Positions 1 to 10,577 of a stretch of 64,000 bases of DNA are shown in pieces; within the stretch, counting starts at the first letter, position 1, and each line of letters starts with the position of its first letter. Where the stretch lies: IMG/VR virus record IMGVR_UViG_3300010998_001248. One strand, written 5' to 3'. The notes beneath the pieces are model-generated. The model saw only the letters and a program-made list of their open reading frames with translations. It ran no database searches and was not told the DNA's origin. Source of the stretch: an uncultured virus (IMG/VR IMGVR_UViG_3300010998_001248). Its lineage: Duplodnaviria > Heunggongvirae > Uroviricota > Caudoviricetes. Both the position numbers and the translations under genes were made by a program.

Positions 1-552
1 TTATACATCACCCCACAAATCATTACCATCACAAATTACCTGACCCTCAAAACAAATTGTATGCGGCAATAGTTTCCAGCATACATATACTGCTTGAAAT
101 GGAGGAGAAATTAAATTTTTATCATCTCTACTGATAAACTTTGTTCTCCCATTAGGTACTAATATCTGAATATAATTATCACGAAACATTGTAAATCTCT
201 TTTTACTATCAAAGATACCATTCATACCAACAAGCATTGCAAAAGGCTTTCCTAAATCAAATAGTCTTTGGAATACCTTTTCTTTCACGCTATATGGAGG
301 ATTACTTACTATCATGTCATAATGTTCTTCCGGTTCATACTTAAAAAAGTCTTTACCTTCGGCTATATGACTTGATATTACGTTAATACCCCCCCCATTT
401 AACACTTTTACATATTGACTCTCTGGTAAATCAAAAGGACACCATACTTTACTGCCTTTAGGAATATAAGGTAATATCACTTCTACCGCATGTTGTGGTG
501 TGTACCATTCATCATTTTTACTTAAATTCTTTACCGCCAGCGCAAAGCCCAT
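1..552 (-). CDS. Phage DNA N6-adenine methyltransferase-like protein
   Basis: DEWYTP N-terminal motif and SNPPY catalytic motif; contains an in-frame G8 tract (C8 at 389-396). Confidence 0.75.
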   Translation of the reverse strand: MGFALAVKNLSKNDEWYTPQHAVEVILPYIPKGSKVWCPFDLPESQYVKVLNGGGINVISSHIAEGKDFFKYEPEEHYDMIVSNPPYSVKEKVFQRLFDLGKPFAMLVGMNGIFDSKKRFTMFRDNYIQILVPNGRTKFISRDDKNLISPPFQAVYVCWKLLPHTICFEGQVICDGNDLWGDV

Positions 553-944
553 TATTGGCTAACCTCATTTTCACGCTCCCGCTTTAATCCCACCAGCGTA
601 TGTGCCATGCGTTCAATAGCACGCTCCCAAAAATCATGCTTCAGGGATTTTTCTTTCGGTTCGAATGGAGCGAAAATTAAATGCAGCAGTTCATGCACCA
701 GTACTTCTTCCATGTCATACGGGAACGGCGCGTTAGGATTAGCGTCAATAGGATCCATAAGTTTGATTGTGGCACGCACGCTCTGGATGTCTTGCCATAT
801 TTCGCCGTCCGACTTCGATGAATACAGTTCTTTGTCCCGGCAAACCATCACTTTAATATCCCACGCCTGCAATTTTAATTTTTCCTGCCAGTATTCTTTC
901 AACATATTCAGGTGTTCTTGATTTTGTACTTCATTTTCTCTCAT
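552..944 (-). CDS. Hypothetical protein with HExxH zinc-metallopeptidase-like motif
   Basis: LVHELLH motif; visibly GC-richer than the flanking phage backbone. Confidence 0.55.
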   Translation of the reverse strand: MRENEVQNQEHLNMLKEYWQEKLKLQAWDIKVMVCRDKELYSSKSDGEIWQDIQSVRATIKLMDPIDANPNAPFPYDMEEVLVHELLHLIFAPFEPKEKSLKHDFWERAIERMAHTLVGLKRERENEVSQ

Positions 945-946
945 TC

Positions 947-1129
947 TTACACCTCTTTCACTTCTGAAACACGAAACTTCGGTTCTCTGGAAAATACCAT
1001 TTGGTTATGTACGATTGCCCCAGCTTCTTCTGCGTCCTTTGCTTTAATGAGAAGCTGCCGCGTGTGATCAACTTTTCCGTCATACCGCAATATTTCCACT
1101 GTAACCTCGTATGTATTATATTTGCTCAT
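947..1129 (-). CDS. Small hypothetical protein
   Basis: 60-aa ORF, translationally coupled to the upstream ORF and similar to 1126..1290. Confidence 0.6.
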   Translation of the reverse strand: MSKYNTYEVTVEILRYDGKVDHTRQLLIKAKDAEEAGAIVHNQMVFSREPKFRVSEVKEV

Positions 1130-1290
1130 TCTTTCACCTCGGTAATCACATGCGGCGGGTCGTTTACCAACATTGTTTCCAGCTTTTCTTTCGCCTTTTC
1201 TTCCGTATCAGCATCCACCCGGAACAATGCTTTGCTTTTTGTCGTTCCGTCTGGCCTTTTGTATGCTACTGTAATCTCGAACGTTTTCAT
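1126..1290 (-). CDS. Small hypothetical protein (54 aa, absent from the ORF track)
   Basis: MKTFEITVAYKRPDGTTKSKALFRVDADTEEKAKEKLETMLVNDPPHVITEVKE; its TGA overlaps the ATG of 947..1129. Confidence 0.6.
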   Translation of the reverse strand: MKTFEITVAYKRPDGTTKSKALFRVDADTEEKAKEKLETMLVNDPPHVITEVKE

Positions 1291-1662
1291 GGTGTCACCC
1301 CTTTGAAAAATTTAATGAATCGACGCGGGCCATGGTTATTTGCCCAGGCATATTCCTTGATTAATTGGCAAGCCAGTATGTATTCTTCTTTGATTTCGCT
1401 TCTTAACGGATGCGCAGTGGTAAAAACATCAATGGCATTCATAACACGTAGCATCATCAAATTCCACATAATGTTATTTTTTGGCATTTTCTTCCACCCT
1501 TTCTTCAAAATTTATAAACACTCTTTTATATTCATATCCAACCTGCACTATCGCATGGCAATAACAGCAAGGGTCTTGCTTTAGGCTGCGTTTCTGATAC
1601 CGGCAGTTCCCGCACGGCATTGCGTAAATGCCTATACCGTTTGTGATTTTGTAGTTCACAAT

Positions 1663-1968
1663 TCACTCCTTGTGTGGTTGTTTTAACCATAGTTCCCACT
1701 TCTTTGCATTTTCAAATTTGCAACCAATAGTAATATTTTTGCGGCACAATTCTCTATTTTCTTCGTCACATATTTGACAACAGTTTTCTGCGACTTTATC
1801 TAACCATTCGGCTTTATCTTTGGTTGGCAAAGTATCAAACCATTCTTCGTTGGTCTGCACTTCGCCTTTGCCGTTACAGGCTGGGCAATAAAGATTGATT
1901 CTACCTTGTCGGTATTTAGGATTATTTTTAATAATATTGCCTGTTCCGTTACAGTATATACATTTCAT
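1663..1968 (-). CDS. DnaJ-type zinc-finger small protein
   Basis: CIYCNGTG and CPACNGKG (CxxCxGxG) repeats. Confidence 0.55.
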   Translation of the reverse strand: MKCIYCNGTGNIIKNNPKYRQGRINLYCPACNGKGEVQTNEEWFDTLPTKDKAEWLDKVAENCCQICDEENRELCRKNITIGCKFENAKKWELWLKQPHKE

Positions 1969-2160
1969 TTATGCACCTCATATTTCCTCAAAACGGCGGC
2001 AATAGCCACCAATCTACAAAGCCATCTGCACAGCGTTCTAATCCTTTTCGTTCATAATGCGCAACAAGCCGGCGCATTTGCCTACGCCTTCTTGGTTTTA
2101 TGAACCAATACTGCCGTCTAAACGATCGCTGGAAGCGCCGCCGTCTTTTCAGTGTTTCGG

Positions 2161-2448
2161 TTAAGGTGTCTCTATCTTGCATCGTAAAATCCGCCTCCCA
2201 AACTTCCAGCATTCGTCTTCTGTTGCCAGGAACAGATCCAGCCGGTCACTGTACCCGCCGCCGAAGCGGTCTGTTACTGTCAGCACTCGTCCGTCCGGCA
2301 ATGTTACCTTGCTGCCGAACGGTAAGTGATCTGCAGCGCACATCCCCGGCCTGGGCCATACACCGGATGCTGTGGGATTACCAGAGTGACAATAGGCCGA
2401 ACAGTTCAATACCTGCCAAAAAACCGCGAATAAGATTATGCGTTTCAT
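2161..2448 (-). CDS. 3D-domain (MltA-like) protein, copy 1
   Basis: SAYC...TASG...AADHLPFGSKV...DRFGG...RLDLF pattern of 3D domains. Confidence 0.75.
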   Translation of the reverse strand: MKRIILFAVFWQVLNCSAYCHSGNPTASGVWPRPGMCAADHLPFGSKVTLPDGRVLTVTDRFGGGYSDRLDLFLATEDECWKFGRRILRCKIETP

Positions 2449-2672
2449 ATTATCCCCATTTCTTCAGATGTTAGCGGTTTGCTCATATCAAACCAAAGGT
2501 TGCATTCAATTGTCGGCAATACGCTTTTTCCCTCAAAGTTCTTCGTTGTATAGATCTTTGAGACACAAATATTCCCCTTTTTGATTCCCTCTTTCCTTGC
2601 TTGCAAAATACATTCTTTTGGATTTTTCGCAATTCCGCATTTCTTATTATTAAACCAAATATACATAATTTC

Positions 2673-2843
2673 TTACCCCCACGGAAATTCCCTGATCATG
2701 TTTTCTTCCCCGATAATCGGTATCAGGCTGTCTTTCATAAAGACAGCCGCACGTGTCAAGCTTGCTGCTTCGCAGATGTTGTCTATCCACTCTTTCTTTG
2801 GTATGACTTTTTCTTTTCTGTTCCCGGTTTCTGCGCCTATAAC
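2673..2843 (-). pseudogene. Start-less C-terminal fragment resembling phage gp37/gp68 (DUF5131) proteins
   Basis: Frame reads VIGAETGNRKEKVIPKKEWIDNICEAASLTRAAVFMKDSLIPIIGEENMIREFPWG*; there is no start codon after the upstream in-frame TGA. Confidence 0.55.
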
Positions 2844-3042
2844 ACTATAATAGTTAACACAATATCAATTATTATTTTTGCAACCATTTGAATCACTATC
2901 GCTTTCTTCTTCAGAAAAAGCAGCTACTCCAGATTGTATAAATTTATCAAAATCTTCTCTTTTGATTTCCCATGTTTTAAGCCATTCGTAAAAACTATCT
3001 CTGCAAACTTCTTTAGAAATCGCATAAGCAATATGCACTCCC

Positions 3043-3465
3043 TTATTCATGTTTATCCTCCAAACCTTCACCAATCAGTTTTTTACAGATTTCTGATTTA
3101 TGTTTTTCTGCTTCTTCTTTCGTTCTAAAAACATTTCCGCAGAATAATAAAGCAAGATCAATAGTATTTCTATTACTGCTGCTCCAATAAGCTTCTTCTA
3201 CATTTATCGGTTCTGAAGTTGATATAAAAAAGAATCTTTCACCGGCTTTTGGCTTAAATGGAAGTTTGACGATTTCTAATTCGCCTGTGAGTACTGCTCT
3301 TGTTTTACAGCTTTGTACCCAACTATATTCATCTTTATATTCCAAACCTCCGCTTTCATCAAAGCGAAAAGTTTGGTCATATACTGTATTTTTACCGCAT
3401 TTTAACTTAAACTCTTCCCTAACTCCAACACCAAGTAATTTACAAATTTCAGGTATTAAATTCAT
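3043..3465 (-). CDS. Hypothetical phage protein
   Basis: 140-aa ORF coupled to the dnaE C-terminal gene; GNVFRTKEEAE motif common in phage hypotheticals. Confidence 0.6.
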   Translation of the reverse strand: MNLIPEICKLLGVGVREEFKLKCGKNTVYDQTFRFDESGGLEYKDEYSWVQSCKTRAVLTGELEIVKLPFKPKAGERFFFISTSEPINVEEAYWSSSNRNTIDLALLFCGNVFRTKEEAEKHKSEICKKLIGEGLEDKHE

Positions 3466-4751
3466 TTAGGTTTTCCAACTCCTTCTAATATATTCCTTTT
3501 ACTAATCTTAAACAGATAAACAGCGTTTTCCTCTAACTGTTGATATTTAGAAGCAAACATTACAAGCTCTAAAGTTTGACCATCAATAAAATCAACTTTT
3601 ACAAAAGCCATATCGTTTTTATTTTTATCTTTGATTTTTTTGAACTTGATCACAACACCAAGAACATACTGTACGCCTACTTTTTCTGGAAAATACCTAT
3701 CCACATTAGTAGTATTATACTGAGCATAACGATTCTTGAATGTCATACCAAGTACTTCAATTTCCCCTTTTACTACATCATAATTATTTGAATTAGAAAT
3801 AATGGTTTTGATTTCATCAATGCTTTTCTCATACGATTCAATAGCTTCTCTTGCTCTTTCTACCTGTTTAACCAATGTAGCGTATTTTTTAGTTGCACGA
3901 TTGGCATTCTCAAGCTCTGCACTTTTTGCATATAAATACTCTTCTTTTTTATGCAAATTAGTTTTAGCATTCTCAAGCTCTGCACTTTTTGCATATAAAT
4001 ACTCTTCTTTTTTATGCAAATTAGTTTTAGCATTCTCAAGCTCTGTATGATAATCAAGAGCAATATTAAGCATCTCTCCTCTTGTCATATTAAAGCAATC
4101 GCAAGCTCCAGCTTTTATCAATGCTTCTTTTATACGTTTGTTATATCCATTCCTATTGAAGAACTCCTGTAAACTATCACCTGGATCATACTCAATTGTG
4201 ATGTTATTAATCCCTTTAATATAAGTTAATCCCATGATAATTGATTCATAGTCATATAGCTCAAACTCATTATTGCCAAAGCTAACATCAGGAGGAATAA
4301 TCTTAATTCCCATTTTTTTACATTCCTCAATATATTCGACAACCTTATCAGAATCTCCGATATTGCCATTGAGTAAAGAACACATATATTCCAATGGATA
4401 ATTAGCTTTAAGATATGCTGTCTGATATGCAATCAAGCCATACTCTACAGAATGAGCCTTATTGAATAGATAACCGGAACACGCTTGAATACTTGTAGCA
4501 AGCTTCTGAGCATTTTCTTTACTCAGACCACCATATTCTTGAAAAGCTTTCAGTAAATCAGGGATTAAAGCATCAAGCTCTTCCTTGATTTTCCTGCCAA
4601 TCGTCTTTCTGATTTTATCTGCCTTACCAGCAGAATAACCAGCAAGCTTCATAGCTATCTCTGTAACCTGTTCCTGGAAAATTAACTGACCATAAGTAGG
4701 AGCTAATATTTCATCAAGTTTAGGACTTATATTGTCAAGTAATACTGCCAT
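3462..4751 (-). CDS. dnaE: DNA polymerase III alpha, C-terminal half (fingers, HhH, OB)
   Basis: ILAPTYGQLIFQEQV, YLFNKAHS, QTAYLKANYP, GLTYIKG, KDKNKNDMAFV motifs; own GAGGTG RBS and ATG. Confidence 0.9.
   Translation of the reverse strand: MAVLLDNISPKLDEILAPTYGQLIFQEQVTEIAMKLAGYSAGKADKIRKTIGRKIKEELDALIPDLLKAFQEYGGLSKENAQKLATSIQACSGYLFNKAHSVEYGLIAYQTAYLKANYPLEYMCSLLNGNIGDSDKVVEYIEECKKMGIKIIPPDVSFGNNEFELYDYESIIMGLTYIKGINNITIEYDPGDSLQEFFNRNGYNKRIKEALIKAGACDCFNMTRGEMLNIALDYHTELENAKTNLHKKEEYLYAKSAELENAKTNLHKKEEYLYAKSAELENANRATKKYATLVKQVERAREAIESYEKSIDEIKTIISNSNNYDVVKGEIEVLGMTFKNRYAQYNTTNVDRYFPEKVGVQYVLGVVIKFKKIKDKNKNDMAFVKVDFIDGQTLELVMFASKYQQLEENAVYLFKISKRNILEGVGKPK
3904..4045. repeat. Perfect 63-bp in-frame tandem duplication (about 2.25 copies) in dnaE-C
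   Basis: Unit starting GCATTCTCAAGCTCTG at 3904, 3967 and 4030; encodes ELENAKTNLHKKEEYLYAKSA twice. Confidence 0.95.
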
Positions 4752-6592
4752 TGATACACCTCATAGCTCTTTTATAACCAATGTATTTATCATCTTCAGC
4801 ATCATCTCTTGTCTGGTAGATAATACCAAGTTGTTCTCTAATCTTATCTGTTGTTGTATTTCCATAATAAGATTCAATAACAATTACTTTTTTGATACTG
4901 TCAATGTATGCAATGGAATAATATTTATCTCCAATATTTAATCGCAAGAGTCACCTATGCTAAACCTAATGTAATATTTACCATTTTTCTCAATAAAATG
5001 TTCACCATACAAACCATAACCCATGAGTATTGATACTCCAAAAAATTCCCTTCTCTTATTTTTTGGAATATAGCCGCCATTTGCTATTGATTCATCATAT
5101 AATTCTTTTGATATTTCACGTTCTATTTCTTTCATATTGATCTCCTTTAATTATTTTATCTACTACCTGATACCTTTTAATTTGCTTTTTAATCCATTCT
5201 TTAGCTGTTTCTTCACTTTGGAAATCTTTTACTGCTATAACTTGATCATCTTTATCATATATTTTCGCTGTATATAAAATCTGTATGGTAGCTCTATATT
5301 TGTTTTCCATAATTACTGCACCTGTTTGTTAATCATATTGTTTATGATTGAGATAATTTTCTCAGCATCTTCTTTGATGTATTGCAGATATTTTTCTTCT
5401 CCTATTAGCTGATAGGCATAATAATCATCATCTAAATATTTAACTGCATCATATAATCCTTCTTCCATAAGTTACTCCTCACATTCAAAGCTCTGTTCGA
5501 TTGATTTAATGATATTAATAATTCCAAAGCCATTGTCTTTCATCCATTTTAATCTTGACTTGACAACAGCAATATCGGCATTGTCGCTAACAAACATTGC
5601 GTCCTTTTTGATTTCATCAGTCATTCTTATAATTGTTTCCATATTCTCAAGGATAAATTTTCTTTCCAATTTCACACACTCCTATCTATCATTCGTAATC
5701 ATCACACTTACTGGAAAAATCGCTGACAGAATGAATGCCATTGTAATTGTTTTTCAACATTGCTGCATAGCTATTGCTGTACTGATTTCTTCCACATTTA
5801 GAATTTTTACAGTCACTTCCGCAAAAACAATAGTCAAAATCAAATAAACGATTTCTTTTTACATTATCATTAATAAAATAGCTATTATTCTTGTTTTCGT
5901 TCATACAGTACCTCTCTCATAATCTTTCAATTTATCTTCAGCAGAAAGTAATCTCTTGATATTTGCATACAACCTGTCAGATAAACTCCGACCATCAGAA
6001 CCATGATTCCTACAGCTAACATCAACACTTTTAGCACCATAATAAGGTTTTCTGTATTCTCTCTTTTTGTTGTTGCTTTTACCTAACCAGTTATCAAACA
6101 CAATAATCACTCCTTTAATTTACAAAAACATAGGTTTTTAACAATTATGATTTTTAAGAGGTATAAGACTATAAGCAAGCTATGTTATATGTCAAAATAC
6201 CCCTTGTTTTTATTGATTTTGACAGTAAAATGACCTGTTTATTTATCTAATTTCTTAGATTTTTCTCTTTCTGCTCTTTCCTGGTTACAAACTTTATAAA
6301 GATAGAAAAACAAGTCCTCTAAAGCTTGAATCACAGCATGGTCTTTAATCGCTGTTTCGTAAAGTAGTTCATCATAAAATGTATCTATTTTCTGTTTATC
6401 AAGCACTTTGCTTCTCCTTCCCTTTTTTAACCTCTTCTTCAAAAAGTTTTGCAAGTTCACCAGAGTTAGCCATAGCAATAGCAGTCCTGATTTTTTCTCT
6501 CATTTCGATAGCCTTTTTAGCTCTGATTGCATCCTGCTTTGCTAACTGTTTACTGATCCAAATATCTCTTGCTTCATTACGCTGATTTTTGT

Positions 6593-6937
6593 TCATTTAA
6601 TTTCTCCTTTATTCTTTATTGAATGATAATGACTAAATAAATCGCCAGTATCTTTTCCTAACTTACGCAATCTTTCATGTTCTTTGATATGGTCATCAAT
6701 AGTCAGTAATTGTAAATGGTTAATATTAAGGCAGTTTCGATTTAAACATACATAATGTAGCTGATAGCCTTCAGGAACTTTACCATGATAATATTCCCAT
6801 AACCATTTATGTAATGTTACTTTTCCGACACCAGGTAAACGAATACGCATATAGCCATTATGATTGTATTTATGCGATATACAGACTATGCAGCCATTTT
6901 TCATAGTGTCAAACTTAATTGGATATTTTGTTGGCAA
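6593..6937 (-). CDS. HNH endonuclease-like protein
   Basis: GYMRI...LHKW...LHYVCLNRNCLNINHL pattern of phage HNH nucleases, partly degenerate. Confidence 0.7.
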   Translation of the reverse strand: MPTKYPIKFDTMKNGCIVCISHKYNHNGYMRIRLPGVGKVTLHKWLWEYYHGKVPEGYQLHYVCLNRNCLNINHLQLLTIDDHIKEHERLRKLGKDTGDLFSHYHSIKNKGEIK

Positions 6938-7595
6938 TTAAACCTCCCCATTGTTGAGCCATTGCTTTTGCTATACCAGGAAAAGTCTTGCTTCTGATAA
7001 TACTTCTTTGCTCTTTAGGTAACTTAAAAGCATTGGCGTACCATTCAGGCATACTCTTTCCTGATTTAAATTTTATTCTTTCTGGTGGTTTTACAATATT
7101 TGTAGGTACAAGTGTTGGTAATCCTTTTAGCCATAATCCTGTTCGTTTTTCATAAGCATCACCGAACATATACGGCTGGATATATTGAGTGGGAGCTATA
7201 GGCAACCCATATTTTTCAGCTAAATCTGGAAAGTATTTCTGTATGTACCCCCCCCTATTGCCAGAAATGATATTTACTGGATTTTCAATAGAAACGTACT
7301 TACAGTTCTCTATTTCCAAAAATTTACAGAAAAACTCAATCGCTTCACGTTGCCTACCATCCTCACGTTTTTTAGGAAACCAGCAAGCTCCTGATACCGC
7401 TAAGTGAGTGCATGGAGGGAAGGCTATGATCATATCCCATTTTTCTTTCAGTAAAGGCGTTACATCCTGCTGTAAATGCCATTCAGGATGATTACCGGAA
7501 CATGGTAATAAATCACAACTGTATGCTTCATGACCTAACTTGCGAAACTCTATCGTCACTCTTTGGCTTTCTTCACAAGCAACTAAAACTCTCAA
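6915..7595 (-). CDS. Short DNA cytosine methyltransferase-like protein
   Basis: RVLVACEES, AFPPCTHL, IENPV and RSKTFPGIA motifs; in-frame G8 tract (C8 at 7248-7255). Confidence 0.75.
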   Translation of the reverse strand: MRVLVACEESQRVTIEFRKLGHEAYSCDLLPCSGNHPEWHLQQDVTPLLKEKWDMIIAFPPCTHLAVSGACWFPKKREDGRQREAIEFFCKFLEIENCKYVSIENPVNIISGNRGGYIQKYFPDLAEKYGLPIAPTQYIQPYMFGDAYEKRTGLWLKGLPTLVPTNIVKPPERIKFKSGKSMPEWYANAFKLPKEQRSIIRSKTFPGIAKAMAQQWGGLIANKISN

Positions 7596-7699
7596 AAATT
7601 TCTCTCCTTTTTTTGTAAAATATTTGTGAACTCCATAGAAAACTGTTGTTCTTGATAATTCAATAACGTTGTATTTTTGATTTACTATAATCTCTTTTG

Positions 7700-7731
7700 A
7701 AAGTAGTTAAAGTGTTATAAATAAACATAAA
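7700..7731 (-). promoter_or_regulatory. Conserved intergenic motif, copy 1 (TTTATG-N11-CACTTTAACTACTTT)
   Basis: Same motif and spacing at 12276-12307 and 58881-58912. Confidence 0.55.
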
Positions 7732-7922
7732 AAATTAGTAATTATCTCTGTAAATGTGCCAAGATTCATGTAATACAAAGATAACTGTTAAACCGATAAA
7801 AATTACTACAGCACAATTAAATACCGGAATTGTAGCAGGAAAAAATGCTATCATTGAGTATGAAAAATACATTAATGTCATTAGATATGAAATAATGTAA
7901 ACTGTAATGAACATTGTTGTTC

Positions 7923-9824
7923 TCATTTTCTCTTTTTTAAATACTCCTTCCTTTTCTTAATATATTCATCAACAATTCCTAACTGTAATGGAGCTGGTCT
8001 GCCAAGTGCTACGATAGCAACCATATCTTTGAATCCTTCCGGCTGAATACCTCTTACTATTCCCTTCATCATCTCTGATTCTACCTGGAATACTCCATTT
8101 GTTTCAGCTTTACAAAGTAATTCAGAGGTTTTCTTATCATCTAATGGAATATGGTTTATATCAATATTGACTCCTTCGGATTTTAAGAGCTGTAAGCAAT
8201 CCTCAATAATATCCATGTTCTTCAGACCAAGTACATCAACCTTAGCTAACCCTAATTCCTCTAATTCGTGATAATCGTAAGCAGCTAAAAAGCTATCTCC
8301 CTTACGTTCTATTGCACAAAATTCTGTTGGGTCTTTAGGAAAGACAAGGACAGCACTTGCATGAACTGAAGTATTAGCAATCAATCCTTCAAAACTTTTT
8401 GCCAATTCAACAAGTTCTTTGTTGTCTTTAGTAACCTGAATATCATCTAAACTATCAATTACTTTTTTGCTTAATTCCCTTACTACAGTAGACCTTATCC
8501 CTAAAGTCTGACCAGCTCTTTGTAATGCTCCTTTTGCAGCTAAAGCATTGAATGTGCGAACCTGATACACATAGCCGTATTTTTCTCTTAAATAATCAAT
8601 TACTCTTTGCCTGTTTCGCTGTTCCACATCAACATCAATATCTGCTGTAGTTACACGTTCAAGATTACAGAACCTTGAAAAAGTTAAATCGTTTTCAATC
8701 GGATCAACCTTAGTTATATCCATTAGATACGCTACAAGACTTGCACCAACACTACCTCTACCACAACCAAAGCGAATACCATTATCTTGACCCCACTTCA
8801 TATAATCCCATACAATCAGCATCATATTTAAGTAGTCAGCTTTTTCAAGTATTTCCATTTCTTCAAGAAATCTTTCCAGGTATTTACCCTGTTCTGATTT
8901 CGGTATTCTTGTGTTGATTTTACGTTTCCAGCCTTCTCTACAGATAGCTTTCACATATTCTACTTGATTACCACAATCAAAGACAGGAAAGTTATCTTCA
9001 CCAAACTTGATTTCAACATTACATTTCTCAGATATTTCATCTGTATTCCGGATTGACTTTTCAACCACATCTTCAGGCAAATAGCTTAATGCGCTCCTCA
9101 TTTCTTCTTCACTATGCAAGTAGAAATCATCTGTCTGATAGTAGCTGTTTTCATCATTCTCATCAATGCCAATCCACATTTTATGAATTTTGGCATCTTT
9201 TTTATATACATAATGAGCATCACATGTTGCTATTGTATGTATATCAAGTAATCTGGATATATCCACCAAAAGCTTGTTAAACTCAAGTTGCTCAGGCATT
9301 TGATTAGTGTGCAATTCAATGTAGAAATCATCTTGAAAAGTTTCACGATATTTTTTAGCAACATCATAAATTTTTTGTTTATCAAAACCTCCTTCATCAT
9401 TTTTGATTCCTAATATTCCACCAAGACAAGCAGAACCTACAACAAGACCTTCTTTATATTTCATAAGAACATTCCAGTCTATTCTTGGCTTATAGTAAAA
9501 ACCATCAGAGTAAGCTACTGTAGTAAGTTTTAAAATATTTTTATAGCCTTCCATGTTTTTTGCCCATAAGCAGATATGTTGATAATCAAACTTTTCTTTG
9601 ATGGTAATATCATCAGTAATATACGCTTCTACTCCGAAAATGAATTTCAGTCCAGCCTTTTTAGCTAACTTATAATGCGTTAAAAGGCTACTTGTTGAAC
9701 CATGATTAGTAATTGCATAAGAAGTTTGACCTAATTCTGCAATTCTTTTGACAATATCTTCCGGTTTAGCGATTGCATCAAGTACAGAACCTTTATGATC
9801 ATGATTATGTAAGTTTACACACAC
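7923..9824 (-). CDS. dnaE: DNA polymerase III alpha, N-terminal part (PHP, palm, thumb)
   Basis: LHNH PHP motif, GRGS, catalytic DIDVD, KVDVLGL, GVFQ, ALGRPAPL. Confidence 0.92.
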   Translation of the reverse strand: MCVNLHNHDHKGSVLDAIAKPEDIVKRIAELGQTSYAITNHGSTSSLLTHYKLAKKAGLKFIFGVEAYITDDITIKEKFDYQHICLWAKNMEGYKNILKLTTVAYSDGFYYKPRIDWNVLMKYKEGLVVGSACLGGILGIKNDEGGFDKQKIYDVAKKYRETFQDDFYIELHTNQMPEQLEFNKLLVDISRLLDIHTIATCDAHYVYKKDAKIHKMWIGIDENDENSYYQTDDFYLHSEEEMRSALSYLPEDVVEKSIRNTDEISEKCNVEIKFGEDNFPVFDCGNQVEYVKAICREGWKRKINTRIPKSEQGKYLERFLEEMEILEKADYLNMMLIVWDYMKWGQDNGIRFGCGRGSVGASLVAYLMDITKVDPIENDLTFSRFCNLERVTTADIDVDVEQRNRQRVIDYLREKYGYVYQVRTFNALAAKGALQRAGQTLGIRSTVVRELSKKVIDSLDDIQVTKDNKELVELAKSFEGLIANTSVHASAVLVFPKDPTEFCAIERKGDSFLAAYDYHELEELGLAKVDVLGLKNMDIIEDCLQLLKSEGVNIDINHIPLDDKKTSELLCKAETNGVFQVESEMMKGIVRGIQPEGFKDMVAIVALGRPAPLQLGIVDEYIKKRKEYLKKRK

Positions 9825-10577
9825 TTATTATCAGTCCTTAAACCTAATTCATTTTCTTCATATACTGAGTAATTGACAGTAGGAAAGCCTTTTGCAAAGT
9901 GTTGTACAACATATTTTTTATGGTCAAGAACATCAACAATAACTCCCTGTTCTACTGAGCCTGAAACCAAATCAATCAGCCAAACTTTGTCATTCTTTTT
10001 AAATTTGTAAGGAGCTTCAATTTCTGTTTCTTTACCAGTACTATTTAAAAAATCATTCATTGTTTTCTTTAATTTCGATAGTATCATCAACAATCTTAAT
10101 TTCCTCCGTTTTAGCATCATCAGGAATTTCAATCTCTTGAGTTTTTACAATTTCGCATCCAAGATTCTCTAATGGTGTATCTTTCAAAACTGCTTCAGAA
10201 ATACTTTTTAAACCTTTACCTAACATAACCATAGCTTGCTTTTCTGAATCAGTTTCAAGAATTGCAACTAAAGGAATTTTGTATTCAATGATTACTGCTT
10301 TCATTATTTACCTCCGTTTTTATTATCTTGGGAAAATTTTATGATCTATTTCTTCTAATGTTTCAGTAACAGTAATATAGTTACCATTATCAAGAAATAT
10401 TTCCGTATAAAATTCATTACCAAAACTGCGTTTCCTATGCAGACAATTAATTTTATCTACATTAACAACCACTGTTTGATTCTCAATACTTCTTGTTTTC
10501 TTTACCAATGGAACATGTAGAATAATAAATTTCATTTTTCATATCCTCACTTTTATATGGCTTTATAAAAATATTAG

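Noticed and set aside
3904..4045. CRISPR-like array
   Set aside because: The units are contiguous, have no unique spacers and are in frame within dnaE; the 21-bp repeats near 18 kb are also coding. No CRISPR array was seen in the window.
4751..7923. Split intein or intron joining the dnaE halves
   Set aside because: There are no intein motifs at either end and the gap is filled with ordinary small genes; the Hint ORF at 23 kb has no extein fusion.
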